DNA of 61,879 nt, the filler included, from Hausera hauseri (taxonomy: Eukaryota), in NCBI GenBank assembly GCA_046269625.1. It is 11 parts of 11 records of this genome, joined end to end, with 100 filler letters (N's around TTAATTAATTAA, not from the genome) between each part and the next. Parts side by side here need not be neighbours in the genome. Positions count along the whole stretch, not along the records: positions 35,337 to 41,252 come from JBJURY010168863.1; positions 41,353 to 48,689 come from JBJURY010021563.1; positions 48,790 to 53,672 come from JBJURY010404368.1; 8 more parts are not named here. The stretch is one strand, 5' to 3'. Of this stretch, positions 36,631 through 49,137 are shown piece after piece. Positions within the stretch are counted from its first letter, which is position 1; each line of letters begins with the position of its first letter. The translations under genes were made by a program, and so were the position numbers. Under the pieces are notes generated by a model. It did not search any database and had not been told where the DNA came from. It worked only from the letters and a program-made list of their open reading frames with translations.

Positions 36631-38309
36631 GTATCAGTAATTTATTTTACTTTTTTTGGTGAAATTAATTTTGCCTTTTACGTGATACATGTTTAATTGG
36701 ATTGTCAATTAGATAATTTTTCACTGATATTTATTACGATCGTATTGAAGGCTAACCAATTGCAATTTATGTGAGGTTATGACCTGACAACAAACGTATT
36801 TAATAACGACATTTTTCTAGTTTTTTTCATTTGATCTGATCGGTGAATTCGTTTATTTATTTATATAAAAACAAATCCATGTTAAATTATTTAAAGTATC
36901 TCAATGGAAATGGAAAATTCTTTTGGTTAGTTTATTGTCAGTAATACATTGCCATTGCTGTTACAAATTAATAATATCAACTGATAGACATTTCAAATTT
37001 TTGTTATCAGCTGACTAAACCAATTTGGACATGTCTTACGTGGGTTTACACCGATATTTTTTGTTTAACTTTAGAATTATCGATTTTTTGTCTGTTTTGT
37101 GTTCGAGTTTGTGTGCGATGTCTGAAATTAGATTTTATTCAATGTTCGGGCATTTTTCTTTGAATAATTTCAATTAGATGATGGGAATTAACGGTAAACT
37201 GTTATTGCATAAAATATGAATACATTTCTTGTTGAGTTTTATTTTTTCCATTGAGTTAAAATTAAAGGAAATTGGTATGAAAAAATTCAACGATTCTCGT
37301 TACCATGGCAATAAAGTTATTTCACTGTCAACATTTTGTGGCAATAGTACTGATGATTATATTATAATGGACATATGGAAAAAAATTTTTGAAGTCGATC
37401 TCTTCATTTTTACATACTTTTCTGATAAATTTCAGAATCTTGGAAATTTGTTTAGAATATTTAAACAAATTCCTCATTTATATGACACTGATAAAATTCT
37501 CATTAAGGTTTTGTTTGTTTAATATAATTTAACGTTTTTCCGACTCAAATAATATTCAATCTCTATTGTACTATCGTAATGTATAAATATAACACTGTGA
37601 TTTTGTCATTTAGACTGGCAAACTCAAAAATGGATAAAATAATAAATTTGACTTAATTTGCAACGAAAATATTGATGTTACAAATTAAGTCATCACAAAT
37701 TGTAACTAAAAGCACACAATGAGTTACAATAAGTTTAAAAAAACAACCCACTGGAAATTGGACCAATTTAATTTTATAAACCATATATAAAGGTTAGTCA
37801 AATGGTTTTAAAAACCTTTCAAAATCAATCTGAAAATTTTCAAACCTACGATCATAAAGGTTAGTAAGACGTTTTTCACAATAATTTAAACTTTTTAATT
37901 TAAGAATATGGCCAGCTACAACAATGAAGTGAGTTGTGTTAAATTACTTTACTTTTATAGTTTTATATACTTGTTTTAACTAATAAAATATTCATTTTGT
38001 TCGTAGAAAAAAACCTTTGTACATTTGATATTAACTTGGTTTTGACTTGAAATTACTTTATTCTTACTATTAGCATGAGTACGTTTATCCATTACTTATC
38101 ATGTTTAATGCATTCTTACCTACCAATCATTATAAGAATTTATAAAAATCTTGTGGAATTAGACTTGATTATTCCATTCTAAAAATTTATAAATGAAAGT
38201 TGATTGTGAGCTAACTTTGGGCATTTCAGCTGAATATTGTAAAACGAACGATATTAAATGCTTTGCGTGTCGTTTGTTAAATGGATTTAGTGGATTTGAA
38301 ATCGTTGAC

Positions 38310-38411
38310 AGAAAGTTTTCTGCATTGAATATTGCATGTTGGCATGGTCATTTGGACATCATCATGATGATAATCAACAATCTGTGCAAATGTTCAGTAC
38401 ACAGTCAATAA
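38310..38411 (+). other. Single ankyrin-repeat-like coding fragment
   Basis: FSALNIACWHGHLDIIMMII resembles the ANK consensus TPLHxAxxxGHxxIVxxLL. Confidence 0.4.
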
Positions 38412-40292
38412 GCGACAATATGGATAGTTTTCATAGTCACGTTTATGTACGCAAAGTAAAGTTTTGTATAGTTTTGATTACTGATTTATCACCAGAGTAT
38501 TTTTCTTATTGGCCTTCTGCAAATGAATTTTGGAACTCTTCAGTAGTGCATTTTTCTGATGAACTGTATGACTCATTGTGCTAGATAAATTCAAATTACA
38601 ATAAATATTGATTTTATTTTGCTTGATAGATTAAGTCTATATGGCAGTATTGTTTAAGTCACGTATCTGATGCATTTCATATTTAACATGTTTGATCAGC
38701 TTTTTACTGTGTTCTGTGGCAACATTCAAAAATAGGATAGACAATAGAAATTTTGGTTTCATGAATTATTGATGGTATTCTGCTTTTTATTTCTGATATT
38801 CCAAAGAATAAAGTAATTACTATTATTTGATTGAAATATGTTTTATTAAATTCGGAGAATTTGTTTTTGTTTTTGTTTTCTCTGTCATAGATTTTATGTA
38901 GTTTATGGGAAGTTATGAAATATGGATATTCAGTATTTAAAATCAAATTGAATTTTTTTTGTTATCTAAGTTTGAGTACTCAAATAAAGCTGTTAACGAA
39001 GAGTTATTCAGGGAGAATGTTAAAATGTTTATTAAATGTAATATGTTGATTAAAATTCCAATTACTATGATGCAATCTGTTAAATTGAATAAGGTAAACA
39101 CAGCTAAATATTTTCAAGTGATGTTTTGCGAACCAAGATACATTAATTGGGTCTGTAGAAAAAATAGCACTAGAAGTAGAAGTATCTCAAAGTACAGTTG
39201 ACTTCTTTAAGCGAATTGCTACTGGTGTAAATATATCACAGTCTCTTGCAATTAACGAGTAATTAAAATATTACAATTAGGAAAAAAATCTATAGCTATT
39301 GTTTTTATTTTTATTTGGTATTTTGTTAGCATTTTTGCTCGGCATTAGATATCGAATGATCAATTTTGTAAGCCTATCACCTTACTCATCTTTTTTTCTG
39401 AATGTCGAAGAGTCAGTATTCAGTGTACTAAAAAGGTAAGATGAGAAATAACAAAATGCACTGAAATACTGACAATGACATATGCGGAAATATCAAAATT
39501 GCAAGACATTATTTCCGCAAAAAAAGAAATAAAATTACTGATGAAAAGTTCAAAAACTAATAGAACTATTATGATCAAATAAAAAAAATCTTTGTTTTTC
39601 CTTTGTTTTAAACAATATATTTTCGGAGATTAATGTATATTTTTAAATAAACACATTTTTTTGATAAATCCAAAATTTCATTTGTATCTAAGGTTAATTT
39701 ATTTTATAATCATTATAAAATATTATTACATAAAAATTATAAAAACTGAGAAAATGAGCACTGTTAATGAATCAAACAATGTTGCTAACAAATCAAACTA
39801 GGTATTGTTTCATCTGATTTGATCAATTATAAAAATGTTTTGATTTAATTCGCAATAGCATATTCACTTATGCATAAATTTAAAACAGAATATATTCATT
39901 GAATATTATTCAAAAAACATTTTTTATTGACATATGATAATAAAATATTGTAAGTATTAAAAGAATATTAGCATGAGAAATAAAATTTTCCAGTCTGTCT
40001 CAAACGCATTTAGCTCAGGAAACAGGCATTCTGTCTTTGTAGCTTTTAATTTCTGGTCCATTTCGTTAAAAAAAGAATGAAACTAAAGTGTTCTTCAAAT
40101 TAACGTTTTCACTCTGTGCATTAATGTGTTAATGTACATTTGTACTCTCTCTCCCTCTCTCGCATACAATGTTTATTATTTTATGCGTTCTGATGCTTGT
40201 CTATATCCATCATGTAGTTGCACACCTGCATGTTGTATGAGTCATGCACATCTGCACTGCAAGTCAATAATTAGTTTTAATCACTTGTCAGT

Positions 40293-41252
40293 ATGGATGG
40301 CGAGTATCAACAGCGTTTGAAAATTGAAACTCTTCTACAGTATACCATCAAGAGTAATCGTGAGATAGACCGCGATCTTTGTGTGTCTCACACACTGGTT
40401 AACAACGTGAAAAAGCAACTCAATGCAACAGGAAGTGCTTTACCAAGAAGAATCGGAAGGTGCGGTCGTAAACCTCTTCTTGGTGCCAGTGCTCAACGCC
40501 GTATTGCTTTGCAGGCCAAGCGCCATCCCAGAGCAACATCAAAAGAAATACATCAATCCACATCAGCTGTCTCTGAACATGTAAGTGGTAGCACCATCAG
40601 ACGTATTCTGCGCCAGAACGGAATGAAAGCATACAGATCCAAAAAGCATCCTGTCCCCACAAAAACACCAACTTCGGCGTTACAAATGGTCACGTCAACG
40701 TCTGCAATGGTCATCTACACAGTGGAAGAAAGTTATTTTCTCGGATGAATCTTGCTTTGAGATAAGACCACCATGGTGTCAGTATGTACGTCGGCAGGAG
40801 GACGAGCATCTTCAACGTGATCACGTCAACGAACGAAGTGGTTATCCTTTGAAGTTAATGGCGTGGAGTTGCATGTCCTTTTATGGGACCACTGAGTTGC
40901 ACATTGTCGATGACACAGTAGATAGTGATAAGTACATCTCCATTTTGAAGGAGTACCTTTTACCTAAGGCGCAGGAATGGTTTGGGAAATCAAGCTGGAT
41001 TTTCCAGCAAGACAATGCTCGCTGTAATATCAGCAAACACACTATGAAGTGGCTCCAGCAAAACAACATTAAAGTGCTTCCTTGGCCAAGTTGTAGCCCT
41101 GATGCTAATTGCATCGAAAACCTCTGGGGCATTATGAAGTAGGAGGTCTATAAGACCACAAGCTTGAGTAAGCGACATCTCATTGAGAAAATTAAGATTG
41201 CGTGGAACAGTGACAAAGTGCAAAGTATGTGTGCCAAACTTGTTTTATCCAT
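40293..41252 (+). mobile_element. Tc1 DD34E transposase, frameshifted
   Basis: Paired-like HTH with GRKPLL, VIFSDESCFE, and WIFQQDNA..(34 residues)..IENLWG. Confidence 0.92.
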
Positions 41253-41352
41253 NNNNNNNNNNNNNNNNNNNNNNNNNNNNNNNNNNNNNNNNNNNNTTAA
41301 TTAATTAANNNNNNNNNNNNNNNNNNNNNNNNNNNNNNNNNNNNNNNNNNNN

Positions 41353-42200
41353 CTTGAATTGCTCCTGGTATTCTTTAGATAATTCCTTGGCTATCTCCCA
41401 ACACTTGTGTAATCTTGATTGTAATACTTCGACAAAATTTTGTTCGAAATCCTTTGTTTGTGCTGTATATGGAATCAATCCTAGATCTGTAGGAAGCGCA
41501 GCTTCCCTTCCGTACATCATAAAAATGGAGTGAATCCTGTCGCAGGATGTGGAGTAATATTAATGGCAAACTGTGTACCTTCTAAGAACTCGTCCCAATC
41601 TTTCTGGTCCTTTGCGACTACTGTCGATAAGATTCGTATAACTGTCGCGTTCATTCTTTCGATCATTCCATTACACTGGGGATGATAAGCTGTGGTAGTT
41701 AATCGCTCAGTTTCAAAAATTTTGGTAGTTTTATCGAACAATTCGCTCGTAAAGTTTTTTCCTCGGTCTGTCAAGATTTGTTCGGGTGGCCCGTATCTGC
41801 AAATCATTTTCGAACTATGGCTTCTGCCAAAGTCTCGGCCTTTTGGTCTAATAACTCTACAAGTTCGACGAAGTAAGTCGATCGGTCTACGCAGGTCAAA
41901 ATGTATTTGTTATTCTTGTGTGTTGTAGGCAGTGGTCCTACAATATCCATGGACATTGCTTGCATTGGTCTATCAGGCATGTCGATAGGTTTAAGTTCGG
42001 CGATGTAGCTTTTTACTTTTCTTTGTTTGGTTGCACATACTTCGCAAGCATTCACCCAATTTCTTACGTCGATGTAAATGCTCGGCCAATGGTAATTATT
42101 TAATATCCTTTCCGATGTCCTTTTTCACATGTGTCCTGCTAAGTATGAGTCATGTACGGCCATGAGCACTTCCGCTCGTAATCCTTTTGGTATGACGACT
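41353..42200 (-). pseudogene. Gypsy integrase (copy D)
   Basis: HDSYLAGH..CEVC zinc finger; catalytic residues in MSMDIVGPLP, ILTDRGKNF and QCNGMIERMN. Confidence 0.93.
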
Positions 42201-45200
42201 AATTTCGTCCTTTTCGTTCGTAGTACAACACATTTTCGTGACTCGAATCTCCTGTGACGCAGTATTTGTGACAATATCTCCGTAGGTGCTTTCTCAACTG
42301 GTGACCTTTGGTGTTACGTTGGTATCAAGGTACTCGATAATCTGTTGTATAACCTTGTCTTTTCTCTGTTTGCCTTATTTAGTGTGAGAGCCCGTTGTCT
42401 TCCTACTAAACCTTCAAGATGGGCTTTCCTCATTACTGTAACTGCGCTTGTTTGGGTTTTAAGTCTGGATAGTGCGTCGGTATCGATATGTTTACTTCCG
42501 GGTTTGTATTCAAATTCAGTGTTATAACGTGAGATTTCCTCGATCCATCTGTTAAGTCTACAGGTTGGATTATTTGCTCTACCTTTTAAGGTCGTAACTG
42601 CCCTATGATCAGTAAATATTATAATTTTTTGTCCATAGAAGTATACGTTAAAATGTCGCAACGCTTCTTTTACCGCTAGTGTTTCTAACCATAACGGAAT
42701 ACTTCTTCTCAGCTTTCTTTAGAGAACGTTCTCCATATGCGATTGGATGTTCTAATTCCTCGTCTTCTCGTTTCTCAGCTAATTCATATCCAATACCTTC
42801 CTTACTGGCGTCTGTTTTGATTATAAACGGTAGGTTGAAGTCAGTATATCTTAAAACAGGTTCCCTAGTTAGCATTTTCTTCATTTCGTCAAAAGCTTTC
42901 TGTTCGACATCAGTCCATTTCCATTTAATCCCTTTTTTAAGTAAGCGGTATAAATGTGCGTTTATCTTGGCGTTATCTGGGAAGCAGGCTGCATAGTGCC
43001 CACATACCCCCAACCAGTGTCTTAATTCCTTTTGATTTTGAGGTTCCATACAATCCGATATATTACTCAATAATGATTTATCCGGCTTAGATCCTCCTTC
43101 TCCTACTATATGTCCAAGGTATGATACAGAATTTTGAGCCCATTTGCACTTCTTGGGTTTCAGTTTCAATCCCGCCTGCTCCAATCTCATGAATGTACCT
43201 TTGATGTTTTTTAAATGATCCTCTTCCGTTTTTGACGCAATCATAACGTTGTCCAAGTAGGCCAACGCGTGTTCCAGTCCCATTAGCATCTTGTTCATCA
43301 TGTGGGTAAATATGGTTGGTCCAGTAGTGATTCCAAAAGGCATAACATTGAATTCATATTCCGTCGTGTGTCTTAAATGCCGTTTTGTAACGATCTTCCT
43401 CTTCTATCTCCACCTGCCAATGTCCAGATTGTAAATCGAGCGTGGGAAACCATTTAGCTCCCGAAAGTCTGTCCAAAGCTTCCTTTACAGATGGTAGCGG
43501 AAAAGAATCTTTCATCATAAGTGTATTTAATGCTCGATAGTCGATACAAAATCGGTGCTTACTGGTACCTTTTTTCTCACCATTAGTATTGGTAAATACC
43601 AAGATTTGTTGCATGGTCTAATTATGTCGGCCTTTAACATTCGTTCAACCTCTTTGGTTATCTCTGGCCTTAATGAGTGTGGAGGAGGATACCATTTCGG
43701 CATCTTTTGGTCCTCTAAATCTATTTCGTCGTTGGAAGCAGGCTTCTTTTTAAGTGGAATCGTAAGTCCTAAGGTTTTGGCTCGACCAATATCTTCTTCA
43801 TCTCTCGCGATAATCGAACTATAGCAACAAAGTAATTCGTAAAATCGACAATATGATTCTGGTAAAAACTTAGTCTCCATGTGGGGCGGAAATTCGGCAC
43901 CCTTATATGGTTTCTCCTCAATAGTGATTGATGATACTCTACACGTGTGTCCCAAAGTGGTATTGGCGTATAGCTTGATCGGAGTTGGTGCATTATTGGC
44001 TATCCTGATTGACACACGGCCCGTTGAAACTCTTGTCAAAACATTGCTGAGCACCAGGTTTGGATCGAGCGATTCCTTTGGTTCAAAATATACTGGCTGA
44101 TCGTCATCCTGACGTATCTGAGCATATATTGGGATTTCTGTTCTGGGTGGTATGGTTTCATCTACTGAAATCCACACTTCTCCAAATTTTCTGTCATTAG
44201 TGGTTTTAACTCCCTTTATGGGGTCAAGTTCTATCAACTTGCCTGCATTGAAATAGATTATTATAATAGGTATCTGTCTCAATAGGTCACACCCTAACAC
44301 TACATCATCTGTTAATTGCTCCATTACTGAGAATTCGTGACGAAAAGATTGTCCCATTATGTGAATTTCTGGTTTCCATCGGAATTTACTCTTCGAGGAT
44401 TGTCCGAAAGCTCCAATGCTTCCTGGGTCTGTTGTAGGAGGTGGATATAATTGTTTCCGTAAGAATTGTGGTATCGAATTATATTTTATCAGTAATATTT
44501 AACATCCTGTATCTATTAGTGCATAAACCTCCCAATCTTCCAATCGATTCTTTGAGAAGGGCCTGCCTTCGATTACTGCACCGTAATAGCTTGGTGCTAT
44601 CTTAAGTTTTCGTATCGTAGATACTTTGTAGCCGTTGATGGTAACTTCAGTGGTTCCAACTGGCTGATCGATTAATTTTCTTAGCTCTCCAATTTGGTAT
44701 AGTTCGTTATTCGTACCATTCGCGTTTTCTACTCTTGGGTTTCTAACTGGCGGCTGAACATCTGGGTTGCGGAGAACTCGTGCCTCACATTTTTGAGTAA
44801 ATATCGATTGCATTTCGTTTGGCTTAGGTATTCTACGTAAGTAAATTATATCTTGGTCGTCGACCGTTGATCTATGACGTGGAGCCGAGGTTCTCTCTAT
44901 TTCGTGGATCTTGCGCAATACCCCATAGCGTTTTGTTCCTTCGTAAAAATCTTGTAAACTAAACGGCTTCCGATATATGTCTGCCTGGCATGAGCTCAGA
45001 GATTGTTTCTCGCAGACGTCAAATATAGGTGCCGTTCGTGGCAATATTGGTAATGGTAGTTTCATAACAGAGTAGTTTTAGTGCCTACTCGGCCTGGTGA
45101 CCATGTCTTCTCCCTTAGGCTCGTCATCATCGGAATTATTTCTTCCTGTCTTACTGACTATGAATTTCTGTCTATAATCGAATATATGTCTTTTGCGTTT

Positions 45201-45269
45201 TCGATTATGGTAGACAACATGTCGCTCCACATCTGTTTTCCATCTACTCTCTTCATAAGCCTTTAAGAA

Positions 45270-47066
45270 TTTGCCGAATGGAGTAATAATAGCCGTTAAA
45301 ATCTTGCATGAAAATGCTGTCAAAGTAAATATTTCGTATCCATTTATAACCGCTTGAATTATTGCTTTGATCAGTTGGATCAAAAAATAGATTGCTAGGA
45401 ATCCTGGTGCGGCTTGCCCAAATATCAGGAATCTTCCCCAAATTTTGTACAATATTTCTGTAGTTACCTTCTTGTAATAGGCAACACCAAGTAATAACTC
45501 TCATTTCGCCTGGTAGCGCGAGTCCTCTAGTATTGTGTGCATCGCTTTGTTTAATTCATGTGTACGTTGGCGGGGAAAAGCGAGAAATTGCCTAAACACC
45601 TCTACTTCTTTTGTTCGGTAAATACCTTTCGCGGCTGTATCTTGAAACTTATCATCGGTTATTCCTTTTATCAGGTTTGTTCCTGTCAGTCTGGTCGGTG
45701 GTGCGATAATACCGCCGTTCGGTAAACTTATCCAGTCGGTTTCGCTACGTCTGAACATCGGCTCTCCTAGACTGGTTTTACAGTCTCTTAAGATTGTCGG
45801 TTGAGTGCATTTGCAAACAACACTCTGGTAATTGGTGTTACTAATCTCAGTACGTCCTGATATATCACTGGAAGGTCTTGTATACACCTTTTCTCTTCCA
45901 CATTACTCGGTATGTCTTTTTTCTTGCACTCATACGTCAATAAAACCTCTCCGGTTACTCGTCCAAAAACACCTTCCTTCATCGGAATTATTGGTGATGC
46001 CAATTCAGGATTTGCGCATCTTAGAGTTAGTTTAGTTCTTATGATTTACAAATCCAATTTGCAGTCGTTTGTTATCATCTTGTGGTACAACTCGGCTATT
46101 CCGGTTTGTCCTTTATAGTAGAAATAGTCGTCTCTGTTCTTCTAATAGTCTTCAATCCGGATGTCCTGAGTCTCGAATTTGAACGTTCTGGCGTTTATTT
46201 CTGTCTCGGCTACGAAAAATGCTTCATAGTTGGTGGCATACATTACGACGTCTCATCTGGTGAGCATAGCTTTCTTTACAAACTTTGGTCTATGAGTATC
46301 TGAAATCAGTATTATGGGTGTAGACTGTTCAGCTACATCTTCTCTTGTTTTAGAGTTAGTTTCTGTGCTACTTGTGTATCGTTTTCCTGTCGTCTCATTA
46401 AATTTAAGTTCTTTAATTCTAATAAAATTACAATCAATCTTGGCTGGTGGTTCCCAAATTACTACTGAACTTCGAAACGGACATGTGCCATCCTGAATGT
46501 GGCACTTGTGGTTCTAGGTATAAAATTTAGTAACGCTGTGAAACATCACTTTCTGTGTACGCATTTCAGTTTCGTAAAAGTCTACTACTACGACGTTCGA
46601 CTCTAATCCTTTTCCGGTATCGTATTCCGCACCATAACAATATCCAATGTGCATGTCCAGCCTTCACTCTGATTATTTTGCCTTGTTGCATTTCCAGTTC
46701 CATACCGTCCCATTTTATTCTTCTCGTCTCTCTAGCTTGCTTACAATGTTGATGTTCTAGATTCATCGGAATTAGTGGGGTTGTCGGCTTGATTATTGAC
46801 GAGTGTCCATGTACCAGTCCACAATGGAAGATGCTGCGAGATCACCGTAACATACATTCTACTCCATCCAGCGTAATTAGTTCACGTTGTTAATATAGTA
46901 TATAATTTTTCTCCTTTGTTTCTAATCTGTGGGGCCTCGCATCTTTGCGCATTTCTAAGTCCATTAACGAATATTTTTGGCCAAGTCTAAATTTGTCACA
47001 ATTATATACGGTCACTGCGCCCATATGCTTTATTAACAGCATCATGGTCAAAAAGTTGATTAGCCA
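45270..47066 (-). pseudogene. Class III (chuvirus G / gB-like) glycoprotein, copy D, ~600 codons
   Basis: WLINFLTMMLLIKHMGA|VTVYNCDKF, SIFHCGLVHGHSS, TGEVLLTYECKK, RCIQDLPVIY, AKGIYRTKEVEVFRQFLAFP, and TM GFLAIYFLIQLIKAIIQAVING. Confidence 0.8.
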
Positions 47067-48560
47067 ATTCGATTTGTTTCCTCTGCGATTTGCAGTTACA
47101 TCTCGTAGCAGATTTCCGAATCTGTTGTTATCAGAGAAGAATCTGTTGTGATGCTTATCTTCTTTTTCGAATAGCTTCGTCCAGTCCACTTCTCGGGGCA
47201 GTTTCCTGGCAGCCTTCCAAGCCAAGCTAGTGGCTTTGTTAAATTCATTTTCTCGATTTGGATTGGTTTTGATGATCAGATATAGCAACACTTTTCTCAG
47301 TTTGTCTGTGGTATTTTCTACCATAATTTTCTCGATTATCATTTCGTCGCTTAAAGTACCTCTGGATAATTTACATCGAAGACCTTTCATGGCCGTAGCG
47401 GCATTAAATATGACCTTCTTTTTTCATCTAATACATCACCACGAGATTGGAGTGGTTTACTATTTGTATGAAATTTTTTATAAGTTCGTTCAGCTCCTCA
47501 TTATCCACATTAAAGGTTGGTATGGACATCTGCTTCAATTCCCTGATTAAATATCCATTATAGTCGATCTCCTTCCGCATTTTCCGTGGTCTGCCGACAG
47601 ACCGCTTTTGTTTGGTTATAGCAGGTACACTGCCATCGATTGGTACTAAATTTTTATCATATTGCTCATTATCTTCATCTGTCTGCAGGTACTCGAAATA
47701 TACTGCTGCATCTCGGACTCCTATTATTCGTCCTACTGGTTGTTCGGCTTTAGCCTTCCTTATGGCCTCTTCTTTTGTTTCGTCGATAGTGGTAATTACC
47801 ACTAACCGGTTTATTTCACCCGGAATAATTCCGACTTCTATTAATAGTTCCGATTCATCTAGTATCCTTCCTCTAAAATAGAGCATATAGCTCGGCTCAT
47901 GGGCATATCCGTTATTCTTGATCCACAATAATGCATCCTTTACAAGGGAGCGCATAGTGAATTCTTGTTCCTTCTCGTCAATCCAGTCAGATACTATTTT
48001 TACTTAAATTGTCTTTTCTGCCTTTGCTTTTAAGATTTTGGCATATTCTTTGAGTAAAAGCCTAAGTACTGTACTAAAAATCGTACCTTCACTAGCTAAT
48101 TTAGTTAGAGTGGGGACTAACCGTCTTAATTGAATTTCAGCTAGATTTACTTCGATCAGCTGAGCTAAATATTTCTCGGTTTGTGCTGGGTCCAGAAGCA
48201 TTTCTACGTTGAACCTTTGTTCTGGAGAATACATCTCCATTTCATCCAATCATATTGGTGTTTTCGGATTCTCGCCAATCATTGCGTCTAAATATGCCTC
48301 CCAATCTGGTTCATTTTCATTATCTGGCAGTTGATAGCTCCTCGACGGTATATCGGTTGGCCTGTCTACACCTGCGGGCCATGTAGTTTCTCTGAGTTCT
48401 TGTAGTTTCTGTTGCATTTGGACCATTTTCGACGTTCGGAAACATCGCCCATTAGCGGACGTTTGGTGGAGCAGTGTTAACAACGAACATAATTCTTCGG
48501 GTGAAATTATCCCTTTTTCTTAATATTTCGTTAGTTCAAATGTGACATCTCTTTGCCATC

Positions 48561-48689
48561 TGTGAGGAGGAAGTTAAACGAGTATTAATGTTTGAATTTA
48601 ATTTAAAGTCAATTAAATAAATAGCCAATATAAAGTCGAGAAATTCCAAAAAGGATGAAAAAAAGACTCATTTAATTAGTGAATAAGTT
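48561..48689 (+). repeat. LTR start of another gypsy family, inserted into copy D
   Basis: Copy D homology stops abruptly at TGTGAGGAGGAAG. The sequence that follows resembles 19378-19480. Confidence 0.55.
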
Positions 48690-48789
48690 NNNNNNNNNNN
48701 NNNNNNNNNNNNNNNNNNNNNNNNNNNNNNNNNTTAATTAATTAANNNNNNNNNNNNNNNNNNNNNNNNNNNNNNNNNNNNNNNNNNNN

Positions 48790-49130
48790 CAATAAGTTTT
48801 GGATGGTCTCATCGATTTTGCTTTCTAAATTCACTGGTTGTCTATGCGGTTTGATGTTAATTGGTGTACCTTTTGTGTCTATTCTATGCTTGATCAATGT
48901 TGTACAGCCGATATCCCACTTGTTAGCCATGAAGACTTCTTGGTTCTTCCGTACTATGGCCCATAACGCTGAGTTTTCGTTTATCCGCAGAATCTCCTTT
49001 GCTCTTTTGAATCGTTCTTTATTCGTCACTTTTCGACAAAATTTTCTTTCTAAGTTGCATATATTATACCTTTGTTCTTCCCCATCTTTCCGTCGCCAAC
49101 ATAATTCGATTGCAAAAGTCTCTTATGTCT
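48790..49130 (-). pseudogene. Pol fragment of an unrelated gypsy element (pre-RT region)
   Basis: VFMANKWDIGCTTLIKHRIDTKGTPINIKPHRQPVNLESKIDETIQNLL. Confidence 0.75.
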
Positions 49131-49137
49131 GTCACTA

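Larger units (their letters stand above)
41353..48560 (-). mobile_element. Glycoprotein-polyprotein gypsy copy D, the most complete copy (N-terminal region to integrase)
   Basis: Order on the minus strand: helical region, UBL (~48010-47790), AT-hook KRSVGRPRK (~47600), signal and glycoprotein (47066-45270), linker, PR DTG (~44505), RT (43680-43100), RNase H (~42840-42460), integrase (~42170-41353). Confidence 0.94.

Noticed and set aside
35337-40100. Short ORFs in the AT-rich contig
   Set aside because: No recognisable homology apart from one exon candidate and one ANK-like fragment; probably intronic or intergenic DNA.
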